Shown here: positions 24,701 through 36,400 of the stretch, in pieces
Layout: each line of letters opens with the position of its first letter
Numbering within the stretch: position 1 is the stretch's first letter
NCBI GenBank assembly: GCA_977016875.1
Contig: CDRNST010000049.1
Location: 2,170,001 to 2,234,000, forward strand
Source: Pavona decussata
Lineage: Eukaryota
Direction: 5' to 3'
Length of the DNA stretch: 64,000 bases
The notes under the pieces: generated by a model
The model's database searches: none
What the model saw: the letters and a program-made list of their open reading frames with translations, nothing else
Told to the model about the DNA's origin: nothing
Position numbers and translations under genes: made by a program

Positions 24701-27365
24701 TTTTTTGCTTTCCTTGTCTAGCAAGTGTCTCACTTTGAGATTCATTATTTTTCTTTCTCCTTCTGTACTCTTTCATGTAAGCATTTTGCTTTTGTTTTTT
24801 GGCAAGTTGTTCTTCTGCAGTTTCATTACTTTTTCTTTTCTTTCGATATTCTTTCATGTATGCATTTTGTTTTGCTTGTGCAATGAGTTTGTTTGATGGC
24901 ACTGTTAAAGTATCATTAATGAGTACTTTTGGCACTGAATGTCCTGTGAGGTATTCTTGTGTGTACTCAGATTGGTTCACAGCTGCATGTGCATTACCGG
25001 TATCAATGAATGGAATGGCAGACTTTTCATAGACAGCAAAATACCAGCCATTAGCATGGGCAATCAAGAGGTTTTGAAAAGTAGAATATTGCTGAATTGA
25101 TCTGCAGATATCATCAAAATACAACCAATGTGTTCCTTTATTTATAGTGATAGTAAAATGTTGACTTGCACAACGCACAACAGCTTTCAGTGAATAATAA
25201 TTTTCTAAAATGTCCATAGTTAAAGGAAATGTAATTTGATCAATACAATTGGATGACAATTCAATAGTTAAAAATGTGGGAAGTGTTACAAAATGTTGCA
25301 ATGCAGAAATATCACCACTATGTTTTTGGCAAGATTCACAATAAAGAGCCCTACTGTGAGGAAGAACAGCTTCTGAAACATGATTTGCAAATTGCGTGGA
25401 AATGATATTTGGGCAGGTAATGTAAAGTACAAATATACCTGTCTTATATATGATTTGGTTGCCACATGATGCGCAACAGGACTGATTGCATTGCTGAACA
25501 ACAAACAATGACTTGAGGTCCTCACTTAACTCTCCGACAGTATTCAATGTAAATATGTCACTGAAAACAGCATTGGCAGTCATTGCAGAAAATGATGAAC
25601 AATGGTCTCTGAGCCATAACCACACAGGTTCTCGCACAATGTCAATAGCGCCAAGGTTTTCTCTTTGATTACATGACTCATAGATAACGTCGAAAAACTC
25701 ATTTCGTGTAGTGCTATGAAGATGATTACAAAAAACACCATAACACAGCTCGAGAAAACAATCAACTGCACAGGAAAATTTTCCTGCATTGTTTAAACAG
25801 TAATTACTGAAGTGATCTCTGTCAAATGAATAGCTATTTTCCTCAAACATTTTTGCAGCTTCCAAGTTATTTATGTTTCCATTTAATATGTGTGCTTCTT
25901 TATTAGAAATTGCAAAGGGATTAAAACTACCACTAGAAGGATAAGGTATACGTCTAGACAAATATCTTCCTCGGAATCTGAAAATGGTTACATTTTGATA
26001 TCCACCTGGAAAATTGAAATTAGTCTCACCACTATGGCCCTGATAATGACTTACGACTAATAACATACACAATAGACGAAGCATCATAAATTCTCGTGAG
26101 CTGTTACTTCAGTGCACGCACTTCAGCAAGTGGACTTTGGACCTGAGCAGTTCTGATTTCAAACGAAGCTAAGCTCCCTACAATTTTGGAATAAAAAGAC
26201 TATCCAAACTGATTTGCTAAGCTCCCTCAAGCGTGACTGAAAGTGGCTTCCCGGCAAACAGAGCTTAGACTGTTTTTCACTTTCGGACACGCTAATGGAT
26301 AAGCAGAAAAAACCGCACAACTAACAGCGACACGCCATGTGACTCGTGACTCGTTGGTCGATCAAAATTTGTAATTTTGAACACACTAGCTCGATTAAAA
26401 AGAGGCTTTATACCCCCTCTGATTGTGTTTATATTGAATATATTCAAGTGGTTTTGTTTTTTTTTGCTAAATTATGTATTATGGCACGCTGGCCGACTTT
26501 GTCAACACAACTGACTGTTGTTTTGGCAAGACGATTGATTGTTGTTTTGGCACGCTCGCCGTGACTGTCAAATTTGTAATTTTGAGCACACTAGCTCGAT
26601 AAAAAGAGGCTTTATTCGCCCTCTGATTGAGTTTATAGTGAATATATTCAAGTGGTTTTGTTTTTTGTTTCTTAAATGGCACGCTGGCCGATCTGGTCAA
26701 GACAATTGACTGTTTTGGCAAGCCAGCCGTGACTGTGACACTGTCACTCGCCGTTTTCGAGCTGATCTCGATAACTGCCTCGCTGGGCGATTTTAGCCTC
26801 GCTGGGCGATTTTTCAGTCTGCTAGTAGCTAGATTTGCGACAGTCTGGATCCAAAAAACACTTAATTAAAATGCACGCAAGAAGACAACGCTCACGAGTG
26901 AACAAAATCAATATTTCCACTCACCTTTTCCTGCCTGGTAATTGATCACCTCGCAAGTCGCACGATGCCCAACACGAACAGGAGATGCCGGAATACACCA
27001 GAAAATGACCACGAGGTTAATTGTCATGTGATATTGGTCATGTGGTCACCGATCATAATCGTCCTGATGTGATTGGTTTAGATAAAAAAATACCACGATG
27101 CCATTGGCTAGCTAGAAAACAATGACCGATGATGTCACTCTTACATTACATTACCCTTACCTTATGCTTACATTTTGATTCGAGATTTTTTCTCCCTGTA
27201 CCAAAACTAACTCGCGCGTCGGCTTTATAATGCTGCCGCCTCGTCACCCTCGCGTCCTCGCGAGGGTGACTCGTTGGCAATTAGTTTTGTAAGAATTTTT
27301 TAGATAGAGGGCCACAAGTTTATTAGTTACCTCAACTATTCCGTGCCACCCTCTCTATTGTAAGT

Positions 27366-27441
<76 letters not shown>

Positions 27442-30400
27442 GAAGTACTCGACAGTTTAAACGGTGGACATTGGAGAGTTCAAGGCGAAGAAATTACGCT
27501 TTCAGGGACAGATTCTCGGGAAAGATTGTCAAGCGAACCCGAAAGGTCATAAGCTTAAGTCAGTCGAGTCCCGGCCACGACGGGGATAAAATTTCTTTTC
27601 GAACGAATACTTGGTGATACACTGGCATCCCAAGCTCACTATCCGATAACGTAACATGAACGAAATCGATGTTTAGACCTTCGTAGGTTTTTATTTTGGT
27701 GAGAGGTTTGACGCTATGAAGCAAGTAAGGTAAACATGAGCTAGGTCTGTATCGTTATGGCTCAGTTATTACGTTACCATAATTCAATTTCCGGTATGAC
27801 TTCAACTAGCGTAACGTAAGTTCATGAAAACAACATCACGTTATTTCTCTGACTTAAACTACTCAATAAGCTCAATCGCGAACAGAGGATAAGTTTAAAA
27901 AATCCGCGAGGCGTTTCAGTACTGTTTAAAAAAAGAGCAGCAGTGTTTTATCGGGATTTAAAACCACGAGGCACAGCTGAGTGGTTTTAGACCCAATAAA
28001 ACACGTGATGCGAGTTTTTTGAACGGTTTCAAAAACATTCCTGGAAAAGCGTATGTCAAGAGAATTCATGACAATGATGCTTTTGTGAACGTTGGAAATT
28101 AGCATACGAGAAAAACATTAAACACCGCATACTAATAAGGAGGAGGTTTAATCGGTTTTTAAAACCACTCCACGTGATGTTTTATCGACCATTTGATAGG
28201 TCAATGGGTTTATGAATTATTAATGAGTTTTTGAAGTGGGAATAAATGAAGCCGCTTATTAAGCCTTCAATGTTTTCACCAAATATTCAAATCAGGCACA
28301 AGGTTTAAACACTTTCTCATCTAAGTTTTAAATTGACCCATCCAAGTACCAGGTGAAATTTGTTTCTATCGACCGGCTCACCAGTGAATGCCTTTGATAC
28401 TTTTTTGTACGTATAAACATATTGTGACTGTGGATAGCTAGTCAAAGTTAATGCTTGCATCGACCAGAACAGCCCGTGTGGACGCGTCCAGGCGTCTTGT
28501 TTTCGTGTAAAGGCCAACAGCTTATGAGCCAGTTTTGTTGTTCATGTTTCTGTAAATCATATGTGCTTCTTTGTTCGTTATGACAGCGGGATTGAGTGAT
28601 CTACAATGAACGTACCTGTACGTAATTCTCCGTTTCAAATCTTTACGCGTAACAGCGATAAGTAGCTTTCATAAATGAATGCCTTTGTGCAAAAACTCGA
28701 ACATATTCAGTGATGAAACTTTATGTTCGTGAAACACCGATCCAAGAAGGAATGAAAATAGAAACAACAATGTTGTTTTGTCTGTGGTAACGCAACTTCA
28801 CTTACGATTGTCGTTGGCAGCAAACGTGAGAACATTTCAAAGTAAATGCAGGTTTGGTCATTTGATAAAATCTTTCCATGTAGATTTTGACATGTAGTTC
28901 CAAAGTTTCCAAGAAACTTTGGCACCGATGGAATCAAATTGAGCGGAAATTAACTGCAAAAACAATTCTGTTCTAGGTTGTCAAGAATGAAGACGATGTA
29001 AAGAAGACAGACATTTCTTTGCCGGAAAAGACAATGCAAATACAAACCGAAGAAAACAGATATCCTGATGATGTCGTCAATGTTGATCCAACAAGAACAG
29101 TTGTAGAGCGTGAATCAATGAGTGATACGTCTTTGCCACCAGATGATGTCACAGAACACGCTATTGAGTGTTTGAAAAACATGCTTCTTAGAGGCCAACA
29201 AGCTGTTACAGAAGTGAATGAGGCAGAATCGATTGTAACAGTAGATTTGTGGGATTTTGCAGGACAGCACCTCTACTATGCATCCCACCCTGTATTCTTT
29301 TCATCACGTGGAGTTTATGTCCTGGTACACAACCTCAGCAAGCCACTTAATGCTCTTGCTGAACCCTGTGTTAGACAAGGGACTCAAGATTTTCATTTAA
29401 AAAACCCAACTGGTGAAACAAATTTGGAGAACTTGCTATCGTGGCTTGTTACAGTTCATCGTATCACACCAACAGGAGAAAGAATGGTTGACAACAACGA
29501 CGGGAAGTTGTCTTATCTTCGCCCTCCAGTGTTGATTGTAGGTACACACGCTGACAAACCATTTGAGGAGACTAAGACTATGACAACACAGATAAAGGAG
29601 AAAATGTTTGGAACGGAATACGACAAACATGTAATTCGGCCACTCTTTACCGTTGATAACACACGTAGTAACACACAAAGTAAGAAATCACTGTTGGGCA
29701 TGATCAAGACACGCTTTCTGCAGAAACCACGAGGAAGGCAACAAGCAGGTAAAGCCTTTGAAGCTAATCATATGCGTTTGTTTAAGTAGGTAAAGTCTCG
29801 TGAGCACTATGATTTTGATTTGGCTTATAAAACGAATTAAAGAATGCCAGCTCTGTTAGGCATTTTAAACGAAATATCAAGTATCTGACTTATTGGATTC
29901 CCTCACGGTAATCTTGTAAAACAGTTGTTTTAAAATATATTGTTTTTAGCTAGACTGATGATTTTTCGTGTGTTTAAAACAAACCCATAAATATCATTAC
30001 CCACACTAAATTTTCTCCGATTATGGTTGATTAAAATTGATTTTATTAGGTAAGGCAACACGACGTCAAATGAGAACGTGAAAGTACGCCCTAAAGTATG
30101 GGCCCGACTTCGGATGCTCATTTTTTGTTGTTGTACATGTCCGTTCAAGGTTACGTTGCTGTCTCTACGGCAATGGATTTTGGTTACTTTCGTGTCCTAA
30201 ACACAACCGCAGAGATTCCCACATTCCTGGAAAAGCTAAGAGAATTACTTTCACTAGATTAAATCATCATTTTCGTTATATGTTCAGCCTCCACAAAGCT
30301 TACTATCTGCTTCACGCACCTGAAAACTGGCATAGCAATACAAAATTTGTGATGTGGGTTTTGTTCGTTTGTTTGTTTTTCTTCGATTCAGAGTGTTGTT

Positions 30401-33400
30401 TGTCCTCAGATTTGCACTGTCTTACCAAGATTTTTGAGTTTTCGGATAAATAAGTGCATTCGCCATTTAATTGTACTGATGAAAATATGCAATATAAGTT
30501 TGATAGAAAAAACAGAAAATTGCATACAGTGGTTGCATTAGCTTATATTGTTTTACTAAAACACTCGAATCAAGTTTTAAGCAAGTTTAATTAAACAAAT
30601 TTTAAAAGTGGGTTGAATAATTAACGCTACGGCTGCACTTCTTTGTTTACTGCAGCTATAACACCTTTCAATTTTGTTCATGTATAGTTTTGTGATTTAT
30701 CAAAGTTTAAAGTTTTCCGCTTGGTTAACTTTGTTGTTTAAAACTTGGTTAAAAGCTGGTTTTCACTAGGACGTAAGCATAACCAGAAGCAGAAGTTCAA
30801 ACGCCGCTTAAGCAACTAAGAACACCTGCGGCTTAAGCATAAGCATAAGCATAAGAAGAACGAACGTGTTCGTTCTTCTTGTGCCTATGCTTATGCTTAT
30901 TTCATGTTATGTCGCAGTTACAACAGAAATGTTTTGCTTTGCTTTCAGGATTATGCACAATAACTTGTAAGCATTACGGTTAGTTTTCTCAGTTAGTTTC
31001 GCCGTGCCTAGCTGAAAATTTACGAATGTATCTTTTCCAGCAAATCGTTCATTTTCGTCGTTTATTTTCTGATTAATTTGATTGCGGAATTTTAGTTACA
31101 AATAAAGGCAATTTGAAATAATGTTTTCATGAACCAAGGTGGTATAGAGAATTCGTGTTGTCAATTTCTCTTATTTTCCCCCTAAATTGAAGATGCCTTG
31201 GAAAATTGAGGAACATGGCGATGGCAGTAATATTGCAGAGAGAAGCCTGAAAGCTTAAAGGAAGGGAATTTAATGATTTCTTTTTATTTCTCGATTACAA
31301 TTCGCTAGGATATTTGACCTTTGTCTGGACTAGAAACAGAAGTTATCCAAACTGGAAAATAAGTTTACTTCGAAAATATGCCCTTGTAATATTGGCCTTT
31401 GAATGCACAAAAAAGCCAGAAAAAAGCATTTCTTGATAGATGAGTTAATCGTTTGTCTCACGATTGAGTCACAAAGATAGGATTCACACCTCCCGCAATC
31501 TGTAAAACGCGGTATTGTCAAGTGCCTGTACGATAGATCGAAACACCTCATAACTAAACCATCAGTTATCTCGCAAGAAAAGAAACACCTCTCATCAGTT
31601 CTTGTTTCTAACGGTTATCCGTCTTCGTTTGTGAAAAACATTACGAAAACAAAGAAACAAACAGCCAAAAAAGAACCTGCGCCTGAAATTAAATCTACTG
31701 CGGTGCTACCATACGTCAAAGGGTTATCAGAGGCTCTTCGCCGTTGCCTACAACAGCAAGGCATACGGACAGTTTTCAGATCTGACACAACACTTAGATC
31801 ACACCTAGTGCGACCTAAGGACACTGTCGACCCTGCAAAACAAGACGGAGTAGTCTACAAGATTCCCTGTGAGTGTGGCAAGGTCTATATTGGAGAGACG
31901 GGAAGATCTATGCATGAAAGGATTAAGGAACACGATAGAGACATACGGCTTGCTCGAAACCCAATCCTCCGCCGTTTCGGAACACAGCAATGCGACGCGC
32001 CACTATCCGCTCTGGGATGAGGTTAAGTTTATTGACCGTGACCCACATTGGTACACCCGTAGGGTTAAAGAGGCTATTCACATTAGACTTCACCCTGACA
32101 ACATCAATAGGGATAATGGAATTGAAATTCCGGAAGCGTGGATGCCCACGATCAAACAACACAGCAGCCGATCGGTACCAAGGCGGACGGCCGAGGGAAC
32201 AATTTCTAGTCTGAACGACGAGGATCGAAATCCTCCAATCAACAACAGCCTAAGAGAGGATCGAAACGCACCAATCAACACAAACCAAGGTGCTACTTAT
32301 ACTGTCACGCAATCAGTCGACACCATCGCCTGATGAAGACCAGCAGTATAGCGGTCGAAACGTCGCGATCCACATCTTTGTGACTCAATCGTGAGACAAA
32401 CGATTAACCCATCTATCATTTTAAACCACGATGACAAACACCTTTCATAATAAGCATTTCTTGTTTTTATTTTTGGCAAATTTTAAAGGCTCTGAGCCTT
32501 TATCATCTTTCCTAAATTTAAATTCAAACTCTGAAGCTTGTAGTATTGCTAACTCACCTCTCTCTCACGTCTTCCATCTAGTCTTTTTTTAGCCATTCCC
32601 GGGTCTTTTCTCTGCATGGCCGTCGCGAGGACGTCGCTTTGTCTTTGCTTAATCTCTATTTCAACGTATGGTGTCCATTAAGCAAAAATACCCAGTACAC
32701 TCACACTCGTACGCTAATTCATTAACGAACTGGTTGCTTTTATCGTATTTTTCTCCTGTACGTTGCTCAAAGGTCTTTTTCATGTCAATCTTCTGCCTTA
32801 AAGCTCAAATTGATGAGCTGTAAATTCAAAATGCCAGTCTCAGTAACGGACGAAAGTTTAGTGATGGAGAAGAAAAAAATTACAGTGTTTCTGACTCGTT
32901 GTAACAGTTGCCTTTTGAAAATCTGATGTCCTTATAGAACTAGTAAGAACATCAAATGCCGATAGCCCCTCGACAGAAATGGTTATTATTTAAATATCGC
33001 TGGTTTTGTTACTTTATTGCAGATTGCAAACATACTAGACAGAATACACCGAAATTAGTTTTTGAATCAGAAGACCATTTTATTTGGAGATGTGGTGCAA
33101 GCCAAGGTGCCCTAGAACCTTTTTCGACGAACCAATAGAAAATAGTCTTCCAACAATTTTCATTCGCGCAACTGAAGTTCCTTTTTTGGGCAGAAACGTT
33201 TGTAGATATACTCATCTCAAACTCAATAGCCTTAAAACATTTCCGTCTGCAACAGCCCAGAAAAATTGGAGAGAGCTGTTGAAATAAATTTCTTGGAGTA
33301 ATCGATTCGGTGGAGGAATTCCACGGGGTCTTTTTCGGAGAAATTAGAATGAATATTTTTTAAAGACATAGTCAATGCGAGACTTATTGGCCATTTTTCT

Positions 33401-36400
33401 TTTGAGGGCAAGACTGTGACAGCAGCAGCAGTGATGGTGGTGATGGAATTGATGCCCTGCGTTCTAAAATCATGGAAGTGTTGAGACAAGAACCATACAT
33501 GGGAGAGAAAATACCAAGCAGGTAACGCAGTTTATAACCTTGAGAATTAAAACTTCAGCTTCGTTTGTATTGTAGTTCTGTAGACCAGCTAACTTGTATA
33601 GCTGAAGTTGTGTTTCATGAAATAATACCTATTTGATCAACGTTTACCCTCATCACGGCTTGTTATATGGTTGAAAGAAGGAGGTATATTACAAAGCAAT
33701 CAAAATGCTCACTATGTAAGTGTTGAAGTATTTGTAGAATTATTATTCACTTGGGACCATATATAGAAATTACACCTGAACAGATTTTCATATCTTAACT
33801 ACAGAAAGCTCTATATTTATGACACTTCCTTCTTCATTACTTTCTAGGTGGGTAAATTTTGAAAGGGTGATTGAACGTTTGGTAGCTCAGCACACTTATC
33901 ACACGAATGTGGACCAGCTTCAGAACTATGCCAAGGACGATTGCTTCATAGAAGACGATGATGAATTTCACACAATGCTGAACTTCTATCATGACCTGGG
34001 TGTGATCATCAGACACCAAAGCACAGTTGTACTGAATGCCCAATGGCTGATAGACATCTTCAAGCATTTGATCACCATTCCTCCTTTTGAAAAATTGGTA
34101 AGAAACTTCATATTTTCTCCAATAATTTTGATCTGAGCAGCAGCACAAATCTTTTTGCTGAATTAAATTAAACATGACAGACATGTTTTTGACCATACTC
34201 AGCACTATTAAAACTCCCTTGGGTAAAATTATATTATCACCCAATTTACTTTATTGATTTCTTTACGAGCCATGTAAGGTGTGCTTTGGGAGACTTGAAT
34301 TCTTTTATTGTCAAAGGAACTTTATGAATGCAAGAACCTTCCCATCACGTTATAACATTAGGTACCTTTAGTTTATGGAATTCAGTCTACTGATTCGCAT
34401 CAGATCTAATTAGTAATTCTGATTAATTGAAACAAATGTCTTACGCGACGGGCGTGCGTATATAACGGCTGTTTGTAGTTTTTAAGATCACGATAACGAA
34501 ATCGACCGTTGAGGACTTTTTTTAATTAAGTGACCGCTAGTTGAATACAATTTGTACATTAAAATAATAATAATAAAAAAATACCTTCTCCTTACCGAAA
34601 TGAGATGTTGATTGTTTGACGGTGTGTGGTATTTGTATTTTGTTTTGTATTTTTTATTTACTCCACATGATCGCACTGCACGAGGTTACAGTGTGTAAGA
34701 AAGGATTGGAGAAGGGCAAATATAGTTAACTAATTGTGTGCCCTTTAAAATTACGATACAATATTTGTTTAGATAAAAAAAAAGAGAAAAAAAAAGGAAT
34801 ACTAATTATAAATAGAGGAGAAGAAAGACAGGAAACGTTTTACAAGGTCGTGTGGTAGTGATTAATACTGAGCAAAATAATATTGGAAGAGAGCTCGTTT
34901 CAGTTGTTTTATTGGTTTTGACAAATAGACATAGGAATATCATTCCAGTGATGGCACCCCATTAAGTGTTGGGCAACATTTTTTAATGTTTAATCTGAAA
35001 GGACTAGGATTCAGATGCTGTAGGGAAGCAATTCGAGTGACGTAATTATGTTGCTCAGGTACTAGGGTTAGGTGAAATTGGAAGGCTTTCCATCTACAAT
35101 ATAATCATAAAATAAATGGCAGGTATAAATTTAACGATGTCGGGAAGCTTAATAAGACCAAGATTGATACCATTGATAGACATAAAAATGTTAATTTTTG
35201 CGCCTTTGGTTTTTTATTCACTATGTAACACTTGATATGTATCTTTATCAGTGAAATAAAGANNNNNNNNNNNNNNNNNNNNNNNNNNNNNNNNNNNNNN
35301 NNNNNNNNNNNNNNNNNNNNNNNNNNNNNNNNNNNNNNNNNNNNNNNNNNNNNNNNNNNNNNNNNNNNNNNNNNNNNNNNNNNNNNNNNNNNNNNNNNNN
35401 NNNNNNNNNNNNNCGTGAATTATTTACATAACTTGCGGACACGGGTCTCGGCTTGTTATGTTATACTCAATCATTTTCTTTGCATTCAGACAGTTTATAC
35501 GTATTCATAGAACTTCTTAACTATATTTGCGCTCTGGCAGATAATCCATTTCTAACAGCGTTCAATAATGAAGAACAGCTCTTTATCAGTGTTGGTTATT
35601 GAGCTTAGTCCTTTCCTTAACTCCTCCCCAAGAAAGTCGAAGAAAATATTNNNNNNNNNNNNNNNNNNNNNNNNNNNNNNNNNNNNNNNNNNNNNNNNNN
35701 NNNNNNNNNNNNNNNNNNNNNNNNNNNNNNNNNNNNNNNNNNNNNNNNNNNNNNNNNNNNNNNNNNNNNNNNNNNNNNNNTCTGTATGCACAGTATCAGA
35801 AACCAACACAGGGCGCATAGCGTGACCTGNNNNNNNNNNNNNNNNNNNNNNNNNNNNNNNNNNNNNNNNNNNNNNNNNNNNNNNNNNNNNNNNNNNNNNN
35901 NNNNNNNNNNNNNNNNNNNNNNNNNNNNNNNNNNNNNNNNNNNNNNNNNNNNNNNNNNNNNNNNNNNNNNNNNNNNNNNNNNTATGATCACGAAGCGGGA
36001 CGCTTTTAATGATTCTAACTTCTTTGTTTTGTAACTTTACTAGTTGTGTTAAGGGTGCCTCGTAATTATTACCCCACAATAAGCAACCATAGGTTAGAAA
36101 GGGATATACAAGCGCATAATAGATACTTATAAGTGACTGGTTTGTAACATGACGTTTAATGGAATGAGTGGAATGTAACTCTTTCGTGGACCAGGTGACC
36201 TATCTTTTTTCCTACATTTCATGAAATAATACATTGTAGTGAACAATCACTGAAAGTTTGAAAAAAGTTCACGACATCTTTTATTTCCCGCGAACCACCT
36301 TAAAGTCATAAAGATAGCTTTACATATCTTGACACAAGGTAAGTTAAGCCGGCGACACGTGATAGCGTGAACGTCGATTCAAGAAATGGCCATTCCTTTT

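Larger units (their letters stand above)
17506..27285 (-). mobile_element. Helitron2/Helentron-type rolling-circle transposon, apparently full length (about 9.8 kb)
   Basis: 11-bp asymmetric subterminal IRs TGCCAACGAGT (17529-17539) and ACTCGTTGGCA (27269-27279). 12-bp-stem hairpin at 27243-27270 and short imperfect hairpin at 17518-17533. 3' end CTAG(T), no TSD. Encodes RepHel and an OB-fold protein. Confidence 0.88.
17111..27442 (+). mobile_element. 5'-truncated CR1/L2-group LINE 3' end (17111-17505 plus 27286-27440), split by the Helitron-like element
   Basis: ORF2 C-terminus RYSNTNFICPRFNRMNEGGRSFAVTTCQLWSSLSLELRNSVSLESFK stops at 17342. (ATT)n tail at 27368-27440. Flanking TAAG duplication. 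Empty site at 62401-62465. Confidence 0.75.

Noticed and set aside
25900-26087. Signal peptide or 2A-like peptide at the RepHel N-terminus
   Set aside because: A hydrophobic start and an SRRIPY..S.SF segment are present, but there is no DxExNPGP motif and the true start codon is uncertain
35232-36079. ORFs across N runs (also 4092-4409)
   Set aside because: Artefacts of assembly gaps
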